A DNA stretch of 63,160 bases, counting the filler, from Octopus bimaculoides (lineage: Eukaryota): the NCBI RefSeq assembly GCF_001194135.2. It is 5 parts of 5 records of this genome, joined end to end, with 100 filler letters (N's around TTAATTAATTAA, not from the genome) between each part and the next. Parts side by side here need not be neighbours in the genome. Positions count along the whole stretch, not along the records: positions 1 to 23,705 come from NC_069000.1; positions 23,806 to 34,106 come from NC_068987.1; 3 more parts are not named here. One strand, 5' to 3'. Under the pieces are notes generated by a model. It searched no databases, had not been told where the DNA came from, and worked only from the letters and a program-made list of their open reading frames with translations. Both the position numbers and the translations under genes were made by a program. Positions 13,430 to 26,239 of the stretch are shown piece after piece (position 1 is the first letter of the stretch; each line of letters opens with the position of its first letter).

Positions 13430-13930
13430 CCAAAGATACCCGGAATATATGCAATCATAAAATGAGTATTATGAAGTAGACATCAAAAGGATTGAAATAG
13501 CTTGGTCACTTGAAAAATATCAACTATCTTAACATCAAAGAAACATTAATATCAAAAATCCAGAAAAGGATTATCAAGCTGTAATATATGCTCCACTCTA
13601 CCAGATGGAGCTGAAATGTAAGCATTAACAAGCCTTTGAAATATGGATTTATCATCAACAGAATACAAAACCCATGACAAAGTGTAAAGAAAGGCAAAAT
13701 CTAAGAAGATTTCATTGGACACCATGAAAAGAGAGAACTAAAATATTTTGGATATTTAGAAAAAAATGCTTAAGATTATTAGCACAAAGCAGAATCAAGA
13801 ATTGATTGCATGGATGATATCAAGAATTGAGAAGACTTAAAATACAAAAAATGCATAAAGATAGCACAAGGAAGACAAATATGGCAATCCATGGTATTCA
13901 ACCAGCTGAGATGCAAGCAAAACTTAATGA
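13430..13930 (+). pseudogene. Old RTE-clade LINE 3' fragment
   Basis: Remnant motifs KRIEIA, AFEIWIY, KRELKYFGY, WMDDIK, WQSMV, typical of RTE C-termini. Confidence 0.6.
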
Positions 13931-15515
13931 ATGAATTTTATTACAATGAACCATAGACACAGGGTGAGCATTGCTCTAAAAAGGAAGAAGATAGCAGTTG
14001 TTGTTTAAACCCTAGGTCATACATGATTGAGCAGATTTAGATTCATTAAATGTCTATGGATAAACCCAGGCAAGAGTGAGTGGTTAAAAGGTTAGCTTTG
14101 TAATTATATGGTTTTAGGTTCATGCTCTTGTGCAGTACTCTCACTGAACAAACATCTTCTACCTATAGCTTCAGTTCAACCAAAAACACTGCAAGTGAAA
14201 TTTGGTTGATGGAAAATATGTGTAAGCTTGTCAATATCTTAAAACACTATTTCCGACTACAGCAAACTCTGAATCATGTCCCTACCATTCCTTCTTACAC
14301 TCTTGAAGACCCTGCAAAAAGTCTCTGACTAAACCATATTATGTATACAGGTGCAGGCATAGCTATGTGGTTTAAAATTTATTTTTTACATAAAAAGCTC
14401 CTTTCCATCTCATTTCCAAGGCCATGGTGAAAAAAACAAATTGGAAAATCCCTGTAAAAACAGAGAAAATCAAACTTACATGGGCATCCTGATCTGAAAC
14501 TCTGCATTTATTGCCATTGTTAATAAGTCCATTAGAATTTTATTGAAATGGCATCAAACCACAAAGTCTCAGGATTTATTTAGTTCTATACTTTTGGATT
14601 TAGCTAAGTCAGAAAACACTGTGAAATCAACTGTTTGTTACAGGCAACAAAATAGGCTTTACATAAATATTTAGAAAATTGCTCAAAAAAAGCTTCATTT
14701 TTTGAGAACTTGAGAAAAAATAGGCAACTGCTATACCACGGTCACTATTAATTTGTGTAATTTGTATTCCGTAAAACATTCCTCCAAATTTCACAAATGA
14801 AGTATCAAAATGTTTCTTTTTGGATGCTCTCCAAGAAAAAATACAGTACAAATTCGATATAAATATTTTAAAAAATGCATAGTGATACCAACTACTATTC
14901 ATGTTCCCAAGAAAAAATCACAGTCACAGATGTTGTTCTTCTCATTCCTCTCTCTTTCCTCACTGCAAGAGTGAAAACTTTTTCAGCTGATAACATTTAA
15001 CATTCAGAAAGATTAATTTTGATTGGACATTATTTTGAAAAGATCAAACATGCCACTGGCCACTCAAGTTGTGAGTCATAAAAATCAAGCTATAGAGTAT
15101 TATTATGTTAGAAGAGCTTTGTGAAAGACATACATTTCACATGTTAATGATGATCAAAACAGATGTATTTACTAAAATTTTGGCACAAGGTCAGCAAGTT
15201 TCAGAAGGGTAAGTCAATTAAATTGATCCTAGTGCTCAACTGGTACTTATTTTATCGTCATTTATCAGAATTTTGCTTGGCATTCTTTTATTCTTTTACT
15301 TGTTACAGTTGTTTGACTGTGGCCATGCTGGAACACCACCTTAAAAGGTTTTTTAGCTGCAGAAATCGACCTCAGGTCTTATTCTTTGCAATTTCTAGTA
15401 CTTATTTCTATCAGACTCCATTTCCGAACCACTAAGTTATGGGGATGTAAACACAACAATGGGAATTGTCAAGCGATGGTGGGGTGACAAACAGACACAA
15501 AAGAGACACACACAC

Positions 15516-15570
<55 letters not shown>

Positions 15571-15949
15571 NNNNNNNNNNNNNNNNNNNNNNNNNNNNNN
15601 NNNNNNNNNNNNNNNNNNNNNNNNNNNNNNNNNNNNNNNNNNNNNNNNNNNNNNNNNNNNNNNNNNNNNNNNNNNNNNNNNNNNNNNNNNNNNNNNNNNN
15701 NNNNNNNNNNNNNNNNNNNNNNNNNNNNNNNNNNNNNNNNNNNNNNNNNNNNNNNNNNNNNNNNNNNNNNNNNNNNNNNNNNNNNNNNNNNNNNNNNNNN
15801 NNNNNNNNNNNNNNNNNNNNNNNNNNNNNNNNNNNNNNNNNNNNNNNNNNNNNNNNNNNNNNNNNNNNNNNNNNNNNNNNNNNNNNNNNNNNNNNNNNNN
15901 NNNNNNNNNNNNNNNNNNNNNNNNNNNNNNNNNNNNNNNNNNNNNNNNC

Positions 15950-17455
15950 AATATCAAAGGAAGGCTAACTAGCGAGTTAGTTTTTGTATGTGGCAGATGC
16001 TCAGGAGCAATAAACACTGAAAATGTGCAGAAAACAACCTTTGCCACATTCCAGGGAGAAAAACTAGAATTAGTTGATAGCTTCCGCTATCTAGATGACC
16101 AAGTTAGTAGCGGTGGAGGGTGCGCTGAAAGTGTAGCTGCTAGAATAAGAATAACCTGGGCAAAGTTCAGAGAGCTCTTACCTCTGCTGGTGACAAAGGG
16201 CTTCTCATTCAGAGTATGACGCATGTGTATGAACCGCCATGCTACATGGCAGTGAAACATGGGCCATGACTGCTGAGGACTTGCGTAAGCTCGCAAGCAA
16301 CGAAGCCAGTATGCTCCGATGGATATGTAATGTCAGTGTGCATACTCGACAGAGTGTAAGTACCTTCAGAGAAAAGTTAGACCTAAGAAGTATCAGATGT
16401 GGTGTGCAAGAGAGATGATTGTGCTGGTATGGACATGTGGTGAGAATGGATGAGGATAGCTGTGTGAAAAAGTGCCACACCCTAGCAGTTGAGGGAACCT
16501 GTGGAAGAGGTACACCCAAGAAGACTTGGGATGAGGTGGTGAAGCACGACCGTCGAACTCTAGGCCTCACCGAGGCAATGACTAGTGACCGGGACCTTTG
16601 GAAATATGCAGTACGTGACAAGACCCGACAAATCAAGTGAGAGCATAATCTGTGGCCTCTGCCAGAAGTGTAGCCAGCTCACTTATTCGTATCTTTACTT
16701 CATTGGACACTAAACTCTGCTTGCGAAGACCTGTTGAGGCAAGTGAATTTGAAATCAAAATCAAANNNNNNNNNNNNNNNNNNNNNNNNNNNNNNNNNNN
16801 NNNNNNNNNNNNNNNNNNNNNNNNNNNNNNNNNNNNNNNNNNNNNNNNNNNNNNNNNNNNNNNNNNNNNNNNNNNNNNNNNNNNNNNNNNNNNNNNNNNN
16901 NNNNNNNNNNNNNNNNNNNNNNNNNNNNNNNNNNNNNNNNNNNNNNNNNNNNNNNNNNNNNNNNNNNNNNNNNNNNNNNNNNNNNNNNNNNNNNNNNNNN
17001 NNNNNNNNNNNNNNNNNNNNNNNNNNNNNNNNNNNNNNNNNNNNNNNNNNNNNNNNNNNNNNNNNNNNNNNNNNNNNNNNNNNNNNNNNNNNNNNNNNNN
17101 NNNNNNNNNNNNNNNNNNNNNNNNNNNNNNNNNNNNNNNNNNNNNNNNNNNNNNNNNNNNNNNNNNNNNNNNNNNNNNNNNNNNNNNNNNNNNNNNNNNN
17201 NNNNNNNNNNNNNNNNNNNNNNNNACACCATTTTGAGCGTGGCCATTGCCAGTATCGCATGACTGGCCCTCGTGCCAGTGGCACGTAAAAGCACCGACTT
17301 CACTCTCGGAGTGGTTGGCGTTAGGAAGGGCATCAAGCTGTAGAAACTCTGCCAGATCAGATTGGAGTCTGGTGCAGCCATCCGGTTCACCAGTCTTCAG
17401 TCAAATCGTCCAACCCATGCTAGCATGGAAAGCAACCGTTAAATGATGATGATGA
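15950..17455 (+). mobile_element. RTE-clade LINE 3' portion, with its 3' UTR apparently spanning the 16766-17224 gap
   Basis: LELVDSFRYLDDQV, WAKFRELLPLL, LHGSETWAM, WYGHVVRMDEDS, RGTPKKTWDEVV; stop at 16640; sequence after the gap ends in (GAT)n at about 17443-17457. Continuity across the gap is inferred. Confidence 0.85.
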
Positions 17456-17465
17456 TACAATAGTG

Positions 17466-17860
17466 CGCAGGAGTGGCTGTGTGGTAAGTAGCTTGCTTAC
17501 CGACCACATGGTTCTGGGTTCATTCCCACTGCGTGGCACCTTGGGCAAGTGTCTTCTACTATAGCCTCGGGCCGACCAATGCCGTATGAGTGGATTTGGT
17601 AGACGGAAACTGAAGGAAGACCGTCGTGTGTGTGTGTATATGTTTGTGTGTCTGTGTTTGTCCCCCCCACCATCCCTTGACAACCGGTGGTGGTGGTGTG
17701 TTTACGTCCCCATAACTTAGCGGTTCGGCAAAAGAGACCGATAGAATAAGTACTAGGCTTACAAAGAATAAGTCCTGGGGTCGATTTGCCTGACTAAAGG
17801 TGATGCCCCAGCTTAGCCACAGTCAAATGACTGAAACAAGTAAAGGAGTAAAAGAGAGTA
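17466..17860 (+). mobile_element. tRNA-derived SINE family 2 (CORE-like segment, internal GT microsatellite), near full length
   Basis: A-box-like tggctgtgtgg; B-box-like gggttcattcc; tggcaccttgggcaagtg segment; tail cagtcaaatgactgaaacaagtaaa. Other copies near 540-700, 8640-8790, 14080-14240, 15290-15520, 35270-35640 and 61672-61830. Confidence 0.85.
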
Positions 17861-17869
17861 ATAGGCTTC

Positions 17870-18020
17870 TTTCAATTTCAGACCAAATCCACTGACAAGG
17901 CTTTGGTTTCCCAGAGGCTATAGTAAAAGACATTTGTCCAAGGTGTCACACAATGCGACTGAACCCAGAACCATGTGGTTGGGAAGCAAGCTTCTTACCA
18001 CACAGCCATACCTGCACCTA
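17870..18020 (-). mobile_element. SINE family 2 head fragment, inverted relative to 17466-17860
   Basis: Its reverse complement matches 17466-17620. Confidence 0.8.
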
Positions 18021-18735
18021 TGATTCTACCAGCTGCCATCTTATACAGATGCAACATTAATGTTGACTTTGTCATGGATGGGGACCAATGACAAAGGTTG
18101 AGTATACAACAAATAGCAGTGAGAACTATCACTAATGAAAGAGGACATTGTAGAAGTGGCATATAAAACCTTGTGCTTAAGTAAAGAAATCTAGATTATG
18201 TACAGAAATTAATAGACATTGTGAAATATAAACAAGAAGCACTGACTAAGCAGACATCTTTTAATTTCCTTTGTCTTCATTGAATTACCAGAAGTGAGAG
18301 GTGTCAACTCTACCAAAGACACTCGAGGACCAGGTGGCCATTGTGACAGATCAAATCTACCACCCCATGAGTAGATTCAATTTATTTTGGAATGGGTGTT
18401 TTATAATTCTTGAAACCATTATTGATTGGTACTGAAAAAATGTTTAGTGTATCTATCATGGTCCAGGTGTAAAGAAAGCCCAACAATTGTTCAATGCTGC
18501 TGTTACAAAAGATAGTAGGTTCTATCCTATGTGCAGCTTGGTGAACTTGGGCACACCGTTTTCTCAAAATCACTATTGTAAAATACAGGATTCAAGGTAA
18601 ATAGTGATGGTCTGTTTCAGCAACAATTACTGATTAGGAGAATTCCTAAAGACTTTGGTAAATTCATTTAGCATGTGGACTGAGGGATGTGAACAAACCA
18701 ACAATATTCCCTGGTCTGGTTGTCAAATACCTTAA

Positions 18736-19024
18736 CCCTTTAGCATTCAGATTATTCTGTCAAATGTTGCTGTCGGTGTTAACTTGTGCCTGAGTATTTA
18801 ATCTATAATGAGTGAGTTTCTTCATCTTGTCAAAAGTAATGCTTTTTCATTCACATTGTTTTTAATTAATCATGCATTATTTTGTAGCTTTAAAATTATG
18901 ATGATGTGATTGTATATTTTATAACAGCACTGAAGGGTAAGTGCAATAGGCTGGTTCTGAATGGCTAGTACATAAAACAGGTAGCATATTTGGGCTGGAT
19001 GTGGATGGTTTAAGTACTGAAGGG
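18736..19024. mobile_element. piggyBac-like MITE (289 bp)
   Basis: TTAA flanks at 18732-18735 and 19025-19028; TIRs CCCTTTAGCATT / AGTACTGAAGGG (9/12); right arm is homologous to a fragment at about 7220-7330. Confidence 0.65.
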
Positions 19025-20049
19025 TTAACAGCTCTATTGTGCACATATTTCAATGGAAGAATAAAACACAGGGTCAAGTAATGATACTTCTTAACCTCAC
19101 AACTCTTATATGATTATGATTAGAAGCACTCAAACCATTAATAATTTTCTAATAAAACTGCTCCTGACGGCACATTTGCTCATGTCCAACCTGTCTTCAT
19201 TTAAATTCTATTAAGATTCATAAGATAAAACAATTAGCTTTAGTAGAGTTTTAAAACTAAAATATGAAGATGATACTGCAATTTTAGGCAATCAATTTCC
19301 TTATTACATAGGGAACTTCTAAACCTGAAACCTGAGCAAAAAAGCTAGTATAAATAATCAAAAGTGAAAAAGGGAGCATAGAGTTTATTGCCCATTTTAT
19401 TATTACCTTTTTTTTATGTGTGTTTTTAAAAACAGTTTTTATAGTACAGAAAGAGTTACTTAGAACAGAAAGAGGGAGAGGAGAAAACTGATGAAGATGG
19501 CATGGGAATCTGAACTGAAAGTTCTCTGGATAGTTACTATAAAGAAGAAAAATAAATGAATGAATGAAACAAAATAAATAAGTGGAATATAAAAAAAAAT
19601 CTTTAGAAAAAAAAATAACCCCCCTCTCATCATACTTCCCGATCTACAGTATCAAAAAACATATTTGATGACAATAATACTTCACATCAAAACAGTAATA
19701 GCAACAGGAGGTAAATAACAGAGCAATGCCAAGAATTGCCCCTCTCCCTGCCAATCATCACTGGCTCTCTTTCTCTCTCTCTGGAAAGAAAAGAAAAGCA
19801 ATGTGGATGTAAGCATCTCACTGGAGCCAGAGAAAAGAGCTCATGGGGTAAGCCACAGCTAAAAAAGACAAATTCATAAATTTTATTTGGGAGAAGGGTG
19901 GAGTGATTATAAAAAAAAAAAAAATTGTAATCTATAATTTTCTTACACACACATCTTTTTACAAGCTATATTCAGCTTCTGAGGAACTTGTGGATATACT
20001 GTCTTTAATTCTGAATATTTCTTATAGACAAATAAAGTTATTTCAGAGA

Positions 20050-21150
20050 TATAATCCCACTTACTTTCATCACTCCATCTATCCACCTTTAGTTTTTTCC
20101 TAAATTATGTTTTCCATGCTGTATAATCTCATTCAATGACCAAACATTTTTAATCTTTAATAATCAATTTTTCCAAAGTGCGATCATTCTGTAGCAGTGA
20201 TCAATTTCTTCTTTTCATCTAAAATATATCCAACAATGATCTTCTCTAGCACCACATTTTGAGTATATCAATTTAATATTTCTATCTTATTTTCTTGTAC
20301 TGAATAAAGGTTTCATATTAGAAGGACTAAAATACTCTGATGCACTGATACCCTTCAGTCATGTCCATAGTATTTGATGATCTTCACAACCAAAAGCTTT
20401 GCTAAAATCAATGAAGCATGTAAACCACTACGCAATATTCTCTAGATATTTCCAGTTTTACCATCCTAAGCTTGCAATTCACTTTCTTTCTGGCAACCAC
20501 TTTATTCTGGAGTTAATTCCCCTCTCCAAAATTAATTGAAACTGGTTTTTAATAATTTTCACAACAATTTTGCTTGTATAGCATATGAGGGCATTTTCTT
20601 TTTTGGAATGGGGGATATATACTGACTTTATTTCAGTCTTTCACTCATTGCTTTGTCTTCCAAAGATTTTGACAAAGTTTTGTAAATAGTTTCATGTCAT
20701 ATTAATCAGTTGATTTCAAAAGTTCAATCAGAATGTCAACTGAACCCATGCTTTATATTTTACTACTTCAGATGTTATCTAATACACCCGTTTCCTTCAC
20801 ATTCCGCTTCACACTCCATAGGTGTAAATTTTCCAAGTTTTACATCTCTTCTGTTATATACTTACAACTGTACTTTAATACATAGTCAAAGGTTAACCTT
20901 TAGAAATTGGATTCTAGACGTAACCTATCCACACATTTCCTTGAAGAGGTTTCTAGTCCTCCTTTTTTGTTAATTTTCTCCAGTTAGTTTGCATTTCTCC
21001 TCTAAATAATCGACTTTAATATCTTTGCTGCACATTCAAATTCATTATTCAGTCTTCTGAATTGTTTAATATTTTCCCTTGCTTTTGTCTGTTGCTGTTC
21101 TTTTACAATTTCTAATGCTGTTGCTAAAATCTACACAGGAAAGTTAGTGC
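20050..21150 (-). pseudogene. Highly decayed RTE-like LINE
   Basis: Minus-strand remnants GCI (from GVRQGCIL), KMWC*RR and LKMFGH. Confidence 0.4.
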
Positions 21151-22230
21151 AGTAGAAAAAAAGTTTTATACCATGACTAAGAGAAGTCTTTTGTACTATA
21201 ATTTGCAAAGATAGACCATCATTAGTTTCTCTAGATTCTACTGTTTCACTATTCTAACTATTGGCTTTCACATTTGTTTTGTGTGTCAACAGAAAGCTCT
21301 GTTTCAGAAACATAGAGAAAAAGCTTTAACCTCTCATCACCTCACCTAAAGCCACCTTCCTCTATGTCGCCTCACTTGGTTCATTGTGAGTTTAGCCTTG
21401 CAAGCTGAATGGCAACCTCTTTAGTGCTGGTGCCACAAAAAACAAAAACACCCAGTACACTCATTATTTACATGATCCTTTACAATGTATTATGGCAAGT
21501 GGTAACAAGGCACTACTGTTATCATTTCATTAAGAGGATGAGGTTGAAAAGGTCTAGAAACATTAACAAACTTATGAACATCATTGTTCCAAACTGAATA
21601 TGAAAGAAAGCTTTTCAGTATATACTTTGTGTGTGTGTGTGTGTTTTCCAAAGCTTAAAGGCTAGGCTTGTATGAATTATTCTCATTCCTGATTACCAGA
21701 CAACTGTGTGTGCGTTATCTATCAACCTACCTATGCACACACATATTTATGAGGTTAGCTTCCTATAACAATCATAAACAACAAAATATGTGGTATGCAT
21801 TTGTAAACAATATGATAGATACAAACATACATATGAACCAGAAAGCATAAGATGGACATAGAAAAGTACTGAAATACGATTTCATATGCTAAATTGCTGT
21901 TATTCAACCCCAAGTTTGATTTTATCCTTTTATTTTCAGACACTGTGTATCTACAATGAAAATAGCCACTGTGTCCATTTCTTTTCAAGATTGAAGAGAC
22001 CAACTCATCTAAATGTTTGTTGATTGAATAGGTAGCAGATCAAATGGGTATACCTTCTGTGAAGTAATTAAGCTGCATAGTTACCTAGAGAAAGTGGGGA
22101 GGTAGCTACAAAATATCATCGCTAATTAGCCCAATTAACCCAAAAGGCTAGGAAAATTACCTTCCAAGGGTCAATAGCAACAAGAGTCTGACTGCTCAAA
22201 CTAAACTTCATATGCACACACACACACACA

Positions 22231-22275
<45 letters not shown>

Positions 22276-22812
22276 TGTGTGTGCGCGCGTGTGTGTATGA
22301 CCCAGCAATTGGCTGGGTTTCTGAACAGAGTCAGGACTACTTAATAAACAAAGCAAAGACTGTTTCTTCTACAAACAACTACTATATAAGTCATAAAAAC
22401 CTGATGTTATTTAGAGTAGGGGGTGGGATCAATAAAAGTTATCTTCTCCAAACTCCACCCTAATTTTTTGTCTCACACACACAGACACAGACACACACAC
22501 ACACATTGATATAGGGTGTCTGTAATGGCCCTTCTCCTACCCATTGACCTTGTCACAGCATAGCAGGGAAGAAAGATTTAAAACAAACAATCTGAATTAT
22601 GCAGCTGTTTGCACCTAGAAAAGCTACATGTGTGAATGTATGAATCCAAAGAAGAAAGTACATCCTCCCATTCACCAAATAAACACGAATTAGACATACA
22701 AACACACACACATAAATGAAAAGAAATATATATTCCCTGTACAAACATGCACATATACATGTTACATAAACACAGGCACAATACATGTGTGTGCGCATTA
22801 TCACATGTGAGA

Positions 22813-22862
<50 letters not shown>

Positions 22863-23665
22863 ACACACACACACATACATATATGTATGCATACGCACAC
22901 ACACACACATATATACATACATATATGCATACACCCATATGTATATATATAAATATAAATAATATATTAATATATGCATATATCCATACATATATGTACA
23001 TACCTACATCTATATGTATACATACATGCATATATGGGTACAGAACATAAAAAAAACGTTAAACACAATGAGAAACAAAAACATAAAAACGAAAACAGAA
23101 AACGAACTTTTTCAAACAATGAAAAAAAAACAGATAAACAAAACATGCAACATAAAGAGTATAACCCCTTCGTCAGTTGTCCCTGTTCCATCTACTCTGC
23201 GTTTCGAAGGCAAGGACAATACGTGACTTCGTTGGAACAGTCCTTCCCGCAAAGAAAATTAAATAAAATTTGGAATTTTTTACAGAGGGTGAAAGTGGTA
23301 ATAAGAACAGGATCGAGAGAACAAGATAGTAAAAACAAATGCTGAGGGCTGTTGAGCCAAGATGATAGAAAAATTATTATGAACGCTATGTAGATGTGCC
23401 ATGAGAGAAGAGACTGAAAAAACACGTCTTTTCTTTAGGAAGGCAGTGGACAGAAAGAGAGATCCCCTTTCGTGACGTGTCAGTGATGAGAGAGTCAAGG
23501 AGGAAGAGTGAGAGAGACAGAGAGAGGGAATGGTGAAAGGGGCGAGAAGAATAGGGAAAGGGTGGGAGAGAAAAACAAAAAGGGCGAAGAACAAGAGAGG
23601 GAGAGAGATGGATAGGGAAGAAATAGTAGAAGAGTGTGCATTGTAATTATTAAGATAAAACTTAC

Positions 23666-23705
23666 TATAAAAGGATCGAATGCCACGCATTCTTTTCCAA
23701 GTAAG
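23666..23705 (-). CDS. Candidate 5' exon of an unidentified minus-strand host gene (runs into the gap)
   Basis: Donor TATA|GTAAGT at 23665; ATG at 23690 (A at -3) reads MRGIRSFY in phase 1; lies in the CpG-rich patch next to a 22-kb CpG-poor domain. Confidence 0.3.
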
Positions 23706-23805
23706 NNNNNNNNNNNNNNNNNNNNNNNNNNNNNNNNNNNNNNNNNNNNTTAATTAATTAANNNNNNNNNNNNNNNNNNNNNNNNNNNNNNNNNNNNNNN
23801 NNNNN
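23706..23805. other. Synthetic scaffold linker (44N + TTAATTAATTAA + 44N); repeated at 34107-34206, 43220-43319 and 59490-59589
   Basis: Identical 100-nt structure occurs four times; the 12-mer is palindromic and gives TAA in all six frames. Confidence 0.92.
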
Positions 23806-23814
23806 TATATATAC

Positions 23815-25150
23815 TCAATATATTTTCTTCTTAGGGTCTACTTTTAGGAATTCAGTGTTCTTCCTTTTCCTTGTACGTGTGGTTTCAACTTCTTGTAATG
23901 GTGTTGGAACCTGAAAAGTGTCATATAGCCAATGCATTGGTATTTCCACTCTTGCTGGTTCCTTTTCTGTGACTCTTTCCTTAAGCTGACTTCTGTGTCT
24001 CCTTTCCATTTTATTTCTACTGCATACACCATACATCATTTTCTCTACGTATGTTACAATTTCTCCTTCTTCCCAGTATTGCTTACCATTTTTGTACATT
24101 CTTACATATAGCTTATCACCGATTCTAAAGAATTTTGGCATGTCTTTACTAGCACGTATTTTTTTTATATTTTACTGGTAACTGTTTATTGAATACTGAC
24201 TTCACTTTTGTGGCAAACTTAAATTTTGCTGATGGTCTTCCTTCTGGCGCATTTTGTTTCGGAGTTACCTTGTATACCCTTAAGAATTGTTGGATCGTGA
24301 CCTCGTCCGTGGCTTCCTTATTAGCTTTCTTTAAAGCTCTCTTAAAAGTGTCCACGAATCGTTCAGCCCTACCATTCGATCTAGGGTCATACGGTGCTAT
24401 AGTTTTATAATCTAACCTGAACATCTCGCAGAATCTTTTAAACTTACAGGATGCACACTGTGTTCCGTTATCAGAGATAATTATATCCGGTATACCAAAT
24501 CTGGCGAATAGCTTGTGTAAGAAGTTCATTACCGTATATGAGGTTGGTCGTTTATACCGCGCGACCTCAGGCCATTTTGTGTAGCTGTCCACTACTATAA
24601 AATAATAATATCCATTTGCCAGATCTGCAAAATCGAAATGCAATCGGGACCAAGGTATTTTACTTCTGGTCAAGGTTCACATTTTGTAATAGGTAGTTTC
24701 GCGGCCAGCGCACATCCTCTGCAGCCTTTTATCAGGTTTTCAACATCCTTGTTCATGCTTGGCCAGTATAAGAAACTTCGCATCAACGCTTTCATTCTAG
24801 AGATGCCTGGATGTTCCACATGAAACCCTTTTAGCATTCTCTTCTGTAATGCTTGTGGTATGACCACCCTCTCAGCTTACATTAGTACACCATCACATAT
24901 AAAGTACACGTTCACATCTTGGCGGTTCTTTGCATCAGACCTTTTTTAATTTCCTTTTGTCGATCACAGTTTTCTTTTTGTCTCATTAATAAATTTGTCA
25001 TTTCTCGCATTTCTTTTTATTTCGTCCATAGTTACTGGTTGTTCGCGCACGATGTTCCACATCACTTTTTTGTTTCACCTTCCGCTCTTAGCGCTGCTAT
25101 TACGGTATCCTCCAGTGGTTCGTTATTTCTCGGACAGACCATCGGCATGC
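23815..25150 (-). mobile_element. Ty3/gypsy pol fragment: RNase H end, integrase HHCC zinc finger, DDE core and C-terminal domain
   Basis: HADGLS; FHVEHPGISRMKALMRSFLYWP...CRGC; PWSRLHFDFA; IVVDSYTKWPE; ISDNGTQ; RSNGRAERFVDTFK; a few frameshifts; no LTR seen. Confidence 0.92.
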
Positions 25151-25165
25151 CCCAACTTAATAACA

Positions 25166-25196
<31 letters not shown>

Positions 25197-26239
25197 TATT
25201 TAAAAAAAGGATTGACGTAACTCTTCACGAAGGTAAATAGTCAAAACGAAGAGCGCGATTTTAGATGTTTTATTTTTTGAACAACATTTCGACAGAACGT
25301 CTGTCTTTCTCAAGTTCAAACCAAAAGGTGATTGAAAATTCAAAATTTCAGAAACCAAACGTAGACTATGAACGTGAGTAATCAGCGTCCATACGTTGAT
25401 AGAATGACATCATCAGCTTTTGTCAGTTTTTTAATAAGCAGAAAGAAAGAAAGAAAAAGGAAGACGACAGAAAAAGAAAAGAAAAAGAGAGAAAGAAGAA
25501 TATTCAATCAAACAGTTTTGTATAAATTTNNNNNNNNNNNNNNNNNNNNNNNNNNNNNNNNNNNNNNNNNNNNNNNNNNNNNNNNNNNNNNNNNNNNNNN
25601 NNNNNNNNNNNNNNNNNNNNNNNNNNNNNNNNNNNNNNNNNNNNNNNNNNNNNNNNNNNNNNNNNNNNNNNNNNNNNNNNNNNNNNNNNNNNNNNNNNNN
25701 NNNNNNNNNNNNNNNNNNNNNNNNNNNNNNNNNNNNNNNNNNNNNNNNNNNNNNNNNNNNNNNNNNNNNNNNNNNNNNNNNNNNNNNNNNNNNNNNNNNN
25801 NNNNNNNNNNNNNNNNNNNNNNNNNNNNNNNNNNNNNNNNNNNNNNNNNNNNNNNNNNNNNNNNNNNNNNNNNNNNNNNNNNNNNNNNNNNNNNNNNNNN
25901 NNNNNNNNNNNNNNNNNNNNNNNNNNNNNNNNNNNNNNNNNNNNNNNNNNNNNNNNNNNNNNNNNNNNNNNNNNNNNNNNNNNNNNNNNNNNNNNNNNNN
26001 NNNNNNNNNNNNNNNNNNNNNNNNNNNNNNNNNNNNNNNNNNNNNNNNNNNNNNNNNNNNNNNNNNNNNNNNNNNNNNNNNNNNNNNNNNNNNNNNNNNN
26101 NNNNNNNNNNNNNNNNNNNNNNNNNNNNNNNNNNNNNNNNNNNNNNNNNNNNNNNNNNNNNNNNNNNNNNNNNNNNNNNNNNNNNNNNNNNNNNNNNNNN
26201 NNNNNNNNNNNNNAATAATAATAATAATAATAATAATAA

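Noticed and set aside
14390-19859. Small minus-strand AG/GT-bounded segments at 14390-14451 and 19823-19859 that could extend MRGIRSFY
   Set aside because: Phases can be made to fit in several ways, equally good donors occur on the + strand, and no protein is recognised.
23160-23235. GAAA-CG ... CTGACGA-AGG order on the minus strand, suggesting a type-II hammerhead (related copy at about 37535-37620)
   Set aside because: No stem I can form in either copy; kept only as an unclassified repeat.
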